NCBI GenBank assembly: GCA_045646345.1
Contig: JAZRKN010000001.1
Coordinates: forward strand, 64,001 to 128,000
Length of the DNA stretch: 64,000 nucleotides
DNA from: Candidatus Scatovivens sp.
GTDB taxonomy: Bacteria; Bacillota; Clostridia; TANB77; CAG-508
Reading direction: 5' to 3'
The translations under genes were made by a program, and so were the position numbers. Below are positions 50,723-60,627 of this stretch, piece by piece. Under the pieces are notes generated by a model, which saw only the letters and a list, made by a program, of their open reading frames with translations, had not been told where the DNA came from and searched no databases. The number at the start of each line of letters is the position of its first letter. Positions within the stretch are counted from its first letter, which is position 1.

Positions 50723-52633
50723 CTAATCTCCATAATTAACTTTTATATTTTTCATGTGATAAACTTCTGTGTCTAAACTTAAATTCAAATTATAATAAGG
50801 ATCTCCTTTTTCTAAGAAATCTACCCATCTTTTTTCAAAAGTACTAATTTCACCTTGAAATCTTTTAATTTTTTCTGGTGAGTCTTCTTGCCCTCTAGAT
50901 TTTGATTCATAGTGCCAAAATTCAACAAATGGATTATATACTACTAAATATCCTTTTTCTCTTATTTTTAAACAAAAATCAACATCATTAAATGCAACAG
51001 CTAACTCTTCATTCATCCAATCTACTTCTTCATAAACTTTTGTTTTTGTCATCAAACACGCACCAGTAACAGCACTTAAATTTTCTACCATAGATTCTCT
51101 TGCAAAATATCCATGTCCGTCTTTAGGAATACTTTTAAATCTATTTCCTGCAATTCCACCTAATCCCACTACAATACCTGCGTGTTGAATTGTTTCGTCT
51201 GGAAAATATAATTTAACACCAACCGCTCCAACATCTTCTCTTTGACAATAGCCTAGCATTAATTCAAGCCAATTTGGAGTAATAAGCTCTGTATCATTAT
51301 TTAATTGAATTGAATATTCTCCTTTAGCATTTCTTACACCAAAGTTAATAATTGCAGAATAATTAAACCCTGGTTTTACTTCAATTCTATTTTGATTTGT
51401 AAACTCCAAACTACATTCTTCTTCAATTAAAATTTCTTTTCCTGTATTATAATTTACAACTCTAATTTTTTCATTTTTTATAAGTTCTTTATAATATTCA
51501 TAAATTTCATTTGTGGTACTATTATTTTCTACAACAATAATCTCATAGTTTGAATAAGTTGTTTTTTCAATAACAGAATCAATACAAACTTTTAAAATAT
51601 CTTTTCCATCTTTATTCGGAATGATTATAGAAACTTTTGGATTTCCTTTTACTTTATAATCAACTCTATAAATTCCAGCCAAACACCCTTCTGAAACTTC
51701 ACCTTCTAAACCAACTCTTTTTAAATGATCAGATATTGCTTTTTTTCCAGCTTCAAAAGCATAATTCTTCGCATTACTGTTTAACTGTGCTGTTGATTCT
51801 CTGTGAACTCTCCAGTGATAAAGAATTTTAGGTATATGCTTTATATTTTCTTCTTTTACAATTTCTGACATTCTTAAGAAAATGTCATAATCTTGAGCAC
51901 CGTCATAATCAGATTTAAAACCTTCTAATTTGTCCATTACTTCTTTTTTGAAAATACTAAAATGACAAATATAGTTTTGACATCTTAAAGTATCTGGTGC
52001 AAAATCTGGTTTAAAATAAGCATCATATCTATTATTTCTTCCATCAATCTTATCTTCATCAGAATACATAAATTCAACATTTGGATTTTTATTTATACAT
52101 TTTACAACTTCAAATAATGCATATTCCGCTAAAATATCATCATGATCTAAAAGTGCAATATATTCTCCTGTAGCCATTTCAATTGCTGCATTTGTATTTC
52201 CAGAAATACCTTTATTTTCACCTAAAAATTTATATTTAATTCTCTCATCTTTTTCATAATATTTTTTATATGTTTCATTTTTTTCTGGACTACCATCAGC
52301 TAAACATAATTCCCAATTTGAATATGTTTGATTTATCATACAGTTAATTAAATCTTTAAAAAACTTTTCTTTCGTTTTATACATTGGAACTATTACACTT
52401 ATTTTTGGAGAATTACTAAATTGTTTTTTGGCTTGTTTTTTTAGCTCAGATTCTCTAACTTCATTAAATCTAATCCATCCACCATAATCTCCATAAGTTA
52501 AATCTTTTTCACCTTTTAAAATTCTTATAACTTTTCTAATCACAGCTTTTATACATTTTATTCCAGTTTTAAAAAAGCCATATTTTTTGATGTAAAATTT
52601 TATTTGATTAATTCTATGTTTTATAATATCCAT
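50723..52633 (-). CDS. Two-domain GT2 glycosyltransferase
   Basis: Same motif set (LDHDD, LNNDT, AFNDVDFCL, GDPYYN). Confidence 0.92.
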   Translation of the reverse strand: MDIIKHRINQIKFYIKKYGFFKTGIKCIKAVIRKVIRILKGEKDLTYGDYGGWIRFNEVRESELKKQAKKQFSNSPKISVIVPMYKTKEKFFKDLINCMINQTYSNWELCLADGSPEKNETYKKYYEKDERIKYKFLGENKGISGNTNAAIEMATGEYIALLDHDDILAEYALFEVVKCINKNPNVEFMYSDEDKIDGRNNRYDAYFKPDFAPDTLRCQNYICHFSIFKKEVMDKLEGFKSDYDGAQDYDIFLRMSEIVKEENIKHIPKILYHWRVHRESTAQLNSNAKNYAFEAGKKAISDHLKRVGLEGEVSEGCLAGIYRVDYKVKGNPKVSIIIPNKDGKDILKVCIDSVIEKTTYSNYEIIVVENNSTTNEIYEYYKELIKNEKIRVVNYNTGKEILIEEECSLEFTNQNRIEVKPGFNYSAIINFGVRNAKGEYSIQLNNDTELITPNWLELMLGYCQREDVGAVGVKLYFPDETIQHAGIVVGLGGIAGNRFKSIPKDGHGYFARESMVENLSAVTGACLMTKTKVYEEVDWMNEELAVAFNDVDFCLKIREKGYLVVYNPFVEFWHYESKSRGQEDSPEKIKRFQGEISTFEKRWVDFLEKGDPYYNLNLSLDTEVYHMKNIKVNYGD

Positions 52634-52670
52634 TATATTTTCCTTTCAAATTCTTCTGCATAAATATCAA

Positions 52671-55600
52671 TTATAATACTTTTTCTTTTTTTAATCCAAA
52701 GTTATTTGATTCTAAACTTAAATTTTTATTATAATATTCATCGCCTTTTAGATACATTTCATTCCATTTTGTTTTTATCTTATCTACAACTTCTTTTGAA
52801 ACATCTTCAATTTTATCTTCACTATAAATTTGTGCTTTTGGTACGAATACATTTAGTAAATTTACATTTCTAAGAGATAAACAAAAATCAACATCTTCTA
52901 AACCATCAATTTCTTCATTTAATCCACCAATTTTTTCAAAGATATCTTTTTTACATATCATCATATTTTTTCCAACACAAGAACAATTTTGTATTTGATG
53001 TTCTTTTGCAAAATATCCATACTCATTTTTTGATAAACCTTTATCTAAACTAATTTTTCCCTTTTCTCCTCCATATACAAACATCGCTTGTATAATGTTG
53101 TCATTCTTATCAAAAACCTTTCCAGATACTGCTCCGATAGTTGTATTTTGGGCATATCCTAATATTAAATTCAACCAATTTTCTTCAATTACTTCGTTAT
53201 TTACATTCCATTGAACTATATAATCACCTGTTGTATTTTTTGCTCCAAAATTAATTAATTTAGCATAATTAGAATCTTGTTTTTCATATTTTATAATTTT
53301 AATCTTTGAATCTTTTCCTAGTTCTTCATAAACTTTAAACGTATCTTCATTATCAGAATTATCATCTATAATATCAATTTCATAATTTTTATAATTTGTT
53401 TTTGCAATTATAGAATCAATACATCTTCTTAGTTTTTTTACTTCATTTTTACATGGCACTAATATATTAACTAATGGGTTTCCATTTATTTCATATTGTG
53501 CTTCATAAATACCATAAATTTCTTTATTTCTTTCAACAGTACCTTTTAATCCAATTCTATCAATATGATCTTGAACAGCTTTTTTTCCTGATTCATATGC
53601 ATATAATTTAGTTTCTGGATCTCCAGCAGTTGAAGTTGTACAAAGTCTCCATGAATATAATATTTTTGGAATATGATATATTTCTTCTGGTTTTACAATT
53701 TCAGACATTCTTAAAATAATATCCATATCTTGTGCCCCGTTATATTCATCTCTAAATCCCTCTAATTTATCCATTACTTCTTTTTTGAACACACTAAAAT
53801 GACAAATATAATTTTGACATCTTAAAGTATCTGGAGCAAAATCCGGTTTAAAGTGAGGATCAAATCTCGGAAAATCTATTGTTGTCATTTTATCCTCATC
53901 AGTATATATAAATCTAATTTCTGGGTTTTCATTAATAACTTTTACTATTTCGAATAATGCATTTTGCATCAACAAATCATCATGATCTAAAAGTGCAACA
54001 TAGTCTCCAGTGACCATTTTCAAACCTTCATTAGAATTTCCAGAGATACCTTTGTTTTCACCTAAAAATTTATATTTAATTCTAGAATCTTTACACATGC
54101 TTTCAATATAATCTAATTTTTGATTACTTCCATCCGCCAAACAAAGTTCCCAATTTGAATATGTTTGTCTATGCATATTAAATAAAAGTTCTCTAAATAA
54201 ATCTTCTGGTGTATTGTATAATGGAATTACTATACTAATTTTGGGTTTCATTTTAAATTTATGTTTTCTTTGTTCAGCTAGTTCCTCTTCTGTTGGATCA
54301 TTAAATTTCATCCATGTTTCATATTCTGAAAATTTTCCTGAATTTTCTCTAGCTTCACTTCTTTCTTTTTTTATTCTTTCTCTTTCTTCAATTTGTCTCC
54401 AATATTCAACACCAGCTTCGTCTGTTGCTTTTCTATATCTAGATAATTTTTCTTCTAATACTTTCTTAGCTTTTCTTGCATCATATTTATTTCTCAACTT
54501 GCACCCAACCGGCAATACTCTATCTAAGAAACTAGCATTTGTTTTTGGATTAATAAGCCAAGAAAAATATCTAAGTGGTTTTGTAATTTTCCAAGATAAC
54601 GAATAAGTTATTATTGATAATTGATTTTCATAGTTTTGAATCTTATAATTACAAGATATTATTTCGTTCTCCAAATTTTGAATATGAACATCTTTATCAA
54701 AAACTAATTTTTTTAATTCGCTTAAGGCTTTATCTTTGTTTTTATTAATTTCTTTTTCTCTCACAATAGATGTATGCGCTCTTACATAAATTTCCCATAA
54801 GAAATCATTATATAAATCTTTTAATATTGTTTGATCTAGATTTTCTAAAACATCTACATAATCTAAAATATTAAATTTTTTGTACAATTCTTGTATATCA
54901 ACATATTCATTTATTTCTGGTAAATTTTTTAATGCTCTATACAAAATATATTCAACCGGAAGATTTTCTTCTTTCCATTCTTGATCATACACGAAGAATT
55001 CGTTATCAATTACAAAACAATTTTGGAATATTAAATCGTATAATCCTTCTTTTACAAAAGTTAATCCATTTATTTTATCTTTGTCATATTCAATATTAAA
55101 CTTTTCAAAAACATTATTTGAAATTTCATTTGTTTTTTCAAATTTATCTAAAATTTCTGTTTTAAACTTTGTAATCATACTTATTGCATCATCTTCTTTA
55201 TTTTCTTTCAATAAGTTTATTATTACTTTATCTAAAGTTAATTCATTTTTAACAAATCTACTAATTATTGCATTATTCTCAAATCTATCTAATGTTTTTA
55301 TTCCTGCATTATTTAAAATATTTATATTTTCTTTTATATTATAAATATGTTTTAATCCAGCTTCATGATTAGCAACTTTTACTACTTCATTTTCTTTTAT
55401 TGTAGTTTTTATTCTATATTCTTTTTTTCTATACATACCATATGTTGCTGCTTTTAAATCGATTTTTTTCATATCTTTTTGTGCAACTATAAAGTATGAA
55501 TTTGAAAAATTCTTAAATAATTTTGGATCTCTTTTTACAATTTCCTTTAATTGTTCTTTTTCTAAATAATTAGAATTTTCAAATCTTGCATTAAACATTT

Positions 55601-56360
55601 CCCAATATCTTGATGTTATATGTTCTTCATCAGGTAAAAATTCATCTGTATATATTGCGTTTGTAAAAACATAATCTGGAATTGGATAAAAAACTTTTGT
55701 CTCGAATTTTTTATCCATTAATTTTCTTTTTACATTTTCAAGTTCAACTTGTTCTTCTTGACTTACGCTAACTTCTTCACTTGTGTTATCTATTTTTGAA
55801 AAACATTTTCCTGTAAAATTATTATTTATTGCTATTAATATTTTTCCATCTTCTTTTAAGTTTTCTATTGCTTGTTCAATTAACAAATCTACATCATTTT
55901 CATTTTCTAATTGACCTATTAAAGTAATATAATCAAATTTTTCATTTAATCTTATATTCTTTAATTCACCAGCATATATTTCTAAATTTTCGATATCGTT
56001 ATGTCTTTTGGCTATAATTTCTGCTTTTTCTTTTTTTGACTCAATTGCAACAACTTTTTTGGCTTTCTTACATAATTCTTCTGTAATTTCTCCAAAACCC
56101 GCCCCTATTTCTAAAACTGTTTCATTTTTTTCTATTGGATAAAAACTCACAATATTTTTTCTGTTATCAGAAATAGCTTTTACATGTTCATAATCAGAAT
56201 TTTTATGTAATAATTTTTCTAATTCTAAAACATCATCACCGCCAAAAAATAATTCTATTATTTCTTTTTCTTTATCAGTTATTTTATTAAATTCTGTTTC
56301 TTCATAACACTCTAAATTTAATTTCATCTTATACATTGCCAAATAAAAATTATTTAGCAA
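52671..56360 (-). CDS. Multidomain SAM-methyltransferase / kinase-like / coiled-coil / GT2 / degenerate GT2 protein (WsaE/WbdD-like)
   Basis: VLEIGAGFGEIT; YDLIFQN and VYDQEW; heptad stretch ending S.SWKITKPLR; LDHDD GT2; start uncertain. Confidence 0.85.
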   Translation of the reverse strand: MLNNFYLAMYKMKLNLECYEETEFNKITDKEKEIIELFFGGDDVLELEKLLHKNSDYEHVKAISDNRKNIVSFYPIEKNETVLEIGAGFGEITEELCKKAKKVVAIESKKEKAEIIAKRHNDIENLEIYAGELKNIRLNEKFDYITLIGQLENENDVDLLIEQAIENLKEDGKILIAINNNFTGKCFSKIDNTSEEVSVSQEEQVELENVKRKLMDKKFETKVFYPIPDYVFTNAIYTDEFLPDEEHITSRYWEMFNARFENSNYLEKEQLKEIVKRDPKLFKNFSNSYFIVAQKDMKKIDLKAATYGMYRKKEYRIKTTIKENEVVKVANHEAGLKHIYNIKENINILNNAGIKTLDRFENNAIISRFVKNELTLDKVIINLLKENKEDDAISMITKFKTEILDKFEKTNEISNNVFEKFNIEYDKDKINGLTFVKEGLYDLIFQNCFVIDNEFFVYDQEWKEENLPVEYILYRALKNLPEINEYVDIQELYKKFNILDYVDVLENLDQTILKDLYNDFLWEIYVRAHTSIVREKEINKNKDKALSELKKLVFDKDVHIQNLENEIISCNYKIQNYENQLSIITYSLSWKITKPLRYFSWLINPKTNASFLDRVLPVGCKLRNKYDARKAKKVLEEKLSRYRKATDEAGVEYWRQIEERERIKKERSEARENSGKFSEYETWMKFNDPTEEELAEQRKHKFKMKPKISIVIPLYNTPEDLFRELLFNMHRQTYSNWELCLADGSNQKLDYIESMCKDSRIKYKFLGENKGISGNSNEGLKMVTGDYVALLDHDDLLMQNALFEIVKVINENPEIRFIYTDEDKMTTIDFPRFDPHFKPDFAPDTLRCQNYICHFSVFKKEVMDKLEGFRDEYNGAQDMDIILRMSEIVKPEEIYHIPKILYSWRLCTTSTAGDPETKLYAYESGKKAVQDHIDRIGLKGTVERNKEIYGIYEAQYEINGNPLVNILVPCKNEVKKLRRCIDSIIAKTNYKNYEIDIIDDNSDNEDTFKVYEELGKDSKIKIIKYEKQDSNYAKLINFGAKNTTGDYIVQWNVNNEVIEENWLNLILGYAQNTTIGAVSGKVFDKNDNIIQAMFVYGGEKGKISLDKGLSKNEYGYFAKEHQIQNCSCVGKNMMICKKDIFEKIGGLNEEIDGLEDVDFCLSLRNVNLLNVFVPKAQIYSEDKIEDVSKEVVDKIKTKWNEMYLKGDEYYNKNLSLESNNFGLKKEKVL

Positions 56361-56375
56361 ACCTCCTTGTATTAA

Positions 56376-57677
56376 TTATTCACCTAATTTATAAACATTA
56401 ATATCCGAATCTAATCTAACTATTCCAACTGTATTTTTTGTAGTTATTATTTCGACTAGAATAGCATCATACTTTCTTGATAGCGCTTCCAGTTCACCAT
56501 TTAAATTAAATCTTGTACAACTAAATGATAATGTATACTTTCCTTGAGCCACTGGAACTTTTTGTTTAAACTCTGCAACTACAACATCCCCTTTTCCAAA
56601 TGAACCTGTAATTACTTTTTCAATATTTGTATTTGTTCCTGCTATATCTTTTCCAGAAAAATCTTTTATTGTCATCGTAAAAATTGGATCTTTTACATCT
56701 GTAAAGAATTTAATTTTAGATTTAAATGTTATTTCATCACCATTATCAAAAGTTGTTACTAAATTTCCTTCTTGATCAAAAACACCATAATCGAAAACTT
56801 CAGCTTCATCTGTTCCATATTCAATCATATTTGGATTTTGATTCATTTGGTCTTTCCATAAAGTAGTATCATCTTGAACATTTCCACTAAGTTTTGCTCT
56901 TTTTTCTTGTTTTTCTCTTTCTTTTCTTTCAGCTTCATCAGGATCTATTCCAACAATTATTTTTTTGTATCTATTTACTCCGTCTTTTACTGTTCCGTCA
57001 AATGTTTTTCTCCCATTTTCTAAAATTATTGCTCTATTACAGTTTGACAAAACATCATTAATATTGTGTGTTACAAATATAATTGTTTTTCCTTTGTTTT
57101 TAAATTGCTCGAATTTTTTAAAGCATTTTAACTGGAATGCCATATCTCCAACAGATAAAACTTCATCAACAATTAAAATGTCTGGATCAACATTTATTGC
57201 ACAAGCAAATGCTAAACGTGCAAACATACCTGACGAATATGTTTTTACTGGTTGTGATAAATGTTCTCCTATGTCTGCAAAATCAATTATTTCTTGTTCT
57301 TTTTCTTTTATCTCTTTATCAGACAATCCCATAACTTGTCCATGTTGATAAATATTTTCATAACCTGTAAGGTCTGGATTAAATGCCGCTCCCAATTCTA
57401 AAAGTGAACTTATTTTTCCATTCACTTCTAAGGTTCCTGACGTAGGACTTACAACTCCAGTTATCATTTTTAATAGAGTTGATTTTCCTGCACCATTTTT
57501 CCCTAAAATACCAAGCACTTCACCTTTTCTAATTTCTAAATCTAAATTATCCATTGCTCTAAAAGTAGAATGTTTTGTATACCCTGGAATCACTGCTTCT
57601 AATAATCTATCTTTTTTGTGTGCATACATTTTATATTCTTTTACTAAACCAGAAATTTTTATTACTGTATCGCTCAT
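56376..57677 (-). CDS. wzt: Polysaccharide ABC transporter ATPase with C-terminal Wzt_C carbohydrate-binding domain
   Basis: GKNGAGKST, YSSGMFARLAF, VDEVLSVGD, long C-terminal extension. Confidence 0.95.
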   Translation of the reverse strand: MSDTVIKISGLVKEYKMYAHKKDRLLEAVIPGYTKHSTFRAMDNLDLEIRKGEVLGILGKNGAGKSTLLKMITGVVSPTSGTLEVNGKISSLLELGAAFNPDLTGYENIYQHGQVMGLSDKEIKEKEQEIIDFADIGEHLSQPVKTYSSGMFARLAFACAINVDPDILIVDEVLSVGDMAFQLKCFKKFEQFKNKGKTIIFVTHNINDVLSNCNRAIILENGRKTFDGTVKDGVNRYKKIIVGIDPDEAERKEREKQEKRAKLSGNVQDDTTLWKDQMNQNPNMIEYGTDEAEVFDYGVFDQEGNLVTTFDNGDEITFKSKIKFFTDVKDPIFTMTIKDFSGKDIAGTNTNIEKVITGSFGKGDVVVAEFKQKVPVAQGKYTLSFSCTRFNLNGELEALSRKYDAILVEIITTKNTVGIVRLDSDINVYKLGE

Positions 57678-57720
57678 GCGTATTTCCTTTCAAAATTTTA
57701 TTATTTTCTTTTTAAATAAT

Positions 57721-58680
57721 TTATTTTTTTAGCTTATATAATAATCTTGCAAACATTGGAAAATTCAAAATTGCAAAATTTTGAAGGTTATATCCAAACT
57801 CTTCGTATTTGTAAAGTTTTATAAACAATCCCCAGCTTCTGAAATTTATATTTTTCTTTTTTTCTAACATTTCATAATATTCCAAAGCTTTTCTGTTTAA
57901 TTTTTTTACTTCCTCAGATTTGAATTTCTCTTCATTTTCGATGAAAACTTTAAAATGCTCTTTTTTTACTTCAATAAATAATTTTCTTATTTCATCGATT
58001 GATTTTAACTCATCTGTTTTTTTCTTAGAACCCACTTTGTTGTTTTTATGTTGTCTATATTTTATCAACGGTTCTTCTATGTAAGATATCTTTCCTTCTT
58101 GACTTAAAATTAATGAAATCCAATAATCATGTAACACATATTTGCTTGTATTTGGAAGTGGTAAAAATTTATTTATCAATTCTTTTTTAGAAATCATTGT
58201 GCATCCCGTCACAAAATTATTCAAATATAAACTTTCGAAATTATTATATTTTTTTATTTTGTTATAGATTCCTTTTAATTTCCAATATGATTTATATATT
58301 ACATTTAATTCTTCATCAACAACTTCTAAATCAGAATAAACCAAATCAAACCCTTCTTCAATTTTCTTTAAAGATTTTTCTATCTTTGATTCTTTCCAAA
58401 TATCATCTTGATCCGAAAACATATAATATTTTGCTTCTACTTTTTCAAGTAAAAACTCAAAATTTTTAACAACCCCCAGATTATTTTCTTGAAAAAAAAC
58501 TTCTATTCTTGAATCTTTATTTTTATATTCTTCTAATATTTCTCTTGTTGAATCTGTCGATCCATCATCTGAGATTAATAATCTAAACTCTTTATGAGTT
58601 TGATTTAAAATACTATCTATTTGTTCTCTTAAGTACTTCTCTCCGTTATATGTTGCTAGCAATATATCAACTTTTTCCAT
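57721..58680 (-). CDS. GT2 glycosyltransferase (RgpB-like)
   Basis: LATYNGEKY, SDDGS, FSDQDDIW, HDYW, YRQH. Confidence 0.9.
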   Translation of the reverse strand: MEKVDILLATYNGEKYLREQIDSILNQTHKEFRLLISDDGSTDSTREILEEYKNKDSRIEVFFQENNLGVVKNFEFLLEKVEAKYYMFSDQDDIWKESKIEKSLKKIEEGFDLVYSDLEVVDEELNVIYKSYWKLKGIYNKIKKYNNFESLYLNNFVTGCTMISKKELINKFLPLPNTSKYVLHDYWISLILSQEGKISYIEEPLIKYRQHKNNKVGSKKKTDELKSIDEIRKLFIEVKKEHFKVFIENEEKFKSEEVKKLNRKALEYYEMLEKKKNINFRSWGLFIKLYKYEEFGYNLQNFAILNFPMFARLLYKLKK

Positions 58681-58696
58681 TTTTATACCTCATTTT

Positions 58697-59491
58697 TTAT
58701 AAAACATCTGCAAAATCTTTTTTAGTCTTTTTAAATACTGCGTTTCCCCAAATAAATAAAATTAATGTTATTCCCCAGAAAGCTGCAGTAAATACAAAAT
58801 TTTGCTCTGTGATTATTTTAGAGTTTTCCATAAATGCTTGTCTGAATCCTTCTACCAAATATGTGAATGGACTACATTTGAATACATTTATTAGTATCGG
58901 ATGATTTTCCATCATATCTAGATTCCAAATTATTGGTGTAAACCACATACATAATTGAATTAATATATTTAATAATTGAGCAAAATCTGGAACTATTGTA
59001 GTTAGTGCTGATGTAAATCTTGTTAATGCAATTATAAAGCATATTGCACAAATCAAAATATATATCACATTTAAAAAGTTTGGAACATATCCAAATATAG
59101 AAGACACTACAACCGCTATACACATTAAAAATATCCCTATAAAGCTAGATGAGGTTAATGATATTACTGGTATAATATCTACCGGAAATACAACTTTTTT
59201 TACTAAGTAACTATAATTTCTTATTGAGTTACTAGCAGTAAGTATTGCATCGCTACAATACATCCACATTGACATTCCAGGTAAAAACCAAACTACATAA
59301 GGATATTCTCCACTACTTCCTGTTTTTAATATATATTGAAAAACCACCACGTATGTTAACATAAATATAAATGGTTGAGCGAATCCCCATATTGTTCCAA
59401 GACTTGTATTTGCAAATCTATTTCTAAAGTCATTTTTTCCTAGTTTCATCGCTATTTTTCTATTTTTATAAAGTGTTTTAAAAAATTCCAT
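58697..59491 (-). CDS. wzm: Polysaccharide ABC transporter permease
   Basis: DFRNRF..TSLG..W, LVKKVVFP, WFTPIIW, FADVL C-terminus. Confidence 0.95.
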   Translation of the reverse strand: MEFFKTLYKNRKIAMKLGKNDFRNRFANTSLGTIWGFAQPFIFMLTYVVVFQYILKTGSSGEYPYVVWFLPGMSMWMYCSDAILTASNSIRNYSYLVKKVVFPVDIIPVISLTSSSFIGIFLMCIAVVVSSIFGYVPNFLNVIYILICAICFIIALTRFTSALTTIVPDFAQLLNILIQLCMWFTPIIWNLDMMENHPILINVFKCSPFTYLVEGFRQAFMENSKIITEQNFVFTAAFWGITLILFIWGNAVFKKTKKDFADVL

Positions 59492-59526
59492 AATTCTTCC
59501 TTTTTTACCAATTAAATTTCCAAGTA

Positions 59527-59555
59527 ATTATATCATTAAGCATCTCAAATATCAA
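59527..59555 (-). promoter_or_regulatory. Sigma-A promoter for the wzm operon
   Basis: TTGATA (59555-59550), 17 bp, TGaTATAAT (-10 at 59532-59527). Confidence 0.65.
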
Positions 59556-59629
59556 CTTTTTTATGTGTTATTTATGTGAATTTTTGAGGCAAAAAAAGAC
59601 TCTATCAAGCTTGATAAAGTCTTTAAAAA

Positions 59630-60625
59630 TTACATATTATTTTTTTCAAAATTCCAAGAATCTTTACAAATATCTTCAAGTGTTTTTTCTGTTTTCCATT
59701 CAAGTTCTCTTAATGCTTTTGAAGGATCTGCATAATATTCTGGTAAATCACCTGGTCTTCTTTCAACAATTTTATAATTTACTTTCAAATTGTTTACTTC
59801 TTCAAATGTAGTAACAAGTTCCATAACACTAACGCCTTTTCCAGAACCTAAATTATATATATTTAATCCTTCCTTCATTTTATCTAATGCACATACATGC
59901 CCTTTAGCTAAATCAACAACATGTATGAAATCTCTAACTCCAGTTCCATCAACTGTTGGATAATCGTTCCCAAATATACTTAATACTTCTAGTTTTCCAG
60001 CAGCTACTTTCATTACATAAGGCATTAAGTTATTTGGAATTCCATTTGGTTCTTCTCCAATCAAACCGCTTTCATGAGCTCCTACCGGATTAAAATATCT
60101 TAGTATTGATATATCCCAAGATTTATCTGATGCATATAAATCTTCCAATATTTTTTCAATCATCGCTTTTGTTGTCCCATAAGGATTTGTTGTTTCTCCT
60201 CTTCCCATTTCCTCAACATATTTTGGATTTCCAGGATCTCCATAAACTGTAGCAGATGAACTAAAAACTAATTTTTTTACATTATATTTTTGCATCACTT
60301 CTAATAAATTTATCGTAGATTGTAAATTGTTAGAATAATACATTAATGGCTTTTTTACAGATTCTCCAACAGCTTTATAACCAGCAAAATGAATAACTGC
60401 ATCAATCTCATTCTCTTTAAAAATCTCTTCTAATTTTTCTTTTTCTAATAAATCATATTTATATAATTTTAATCTTTTTCCAGTTATTTTTTCTAATTTA
60501 TCAATAACTTCTTCTTTACTATTATAAAGATTATCTACAATGATAACATCATGTTTTTTTTGCACTAATTCAACACAAGTATGAGAACCAATAAATCCTA
60601 ACCCGCCAGTAACTAATATTTTCAT
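59630..60625 (-). CDS. galE: UDP-glucose 4-epimerase
   Basis: GGLGFIGSH, KAVGES, FSSSATVYG, YGTTK, LRYFNP.GAH. Confidence 0.97.
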   Translation of the reverse strand: MKILVTGGLGFIGSHTCVELVQKKHDVIIVDNLYNSKEEVIDKLEKITGKRLKLYKYDLLEKEKLEEIFKENEIDAVIHFAGYKAVGESVKKPLMYYSNNLQSTINLLEVMQKYNVKKLVFSSSATVYGDPGNPKYVEEMGRGETTNPYGTTKAMIEKILEDLYASDKSWDISILRYFNPVGAHESGLIGEEPNGIPNNLMPYVMKVAAGKLEVLSIFGNDYPTVDGTGVRDFIHVVDLAKGHVCALDKMKEGLNIYNLGSGKGVSVMELVTTFEEVNNLKVNYKIVERRPGDLPEYYADPSKALRELEWKTEKTLEDICKDSWNFEKNNM

Positions 60626-60627
60626 TT

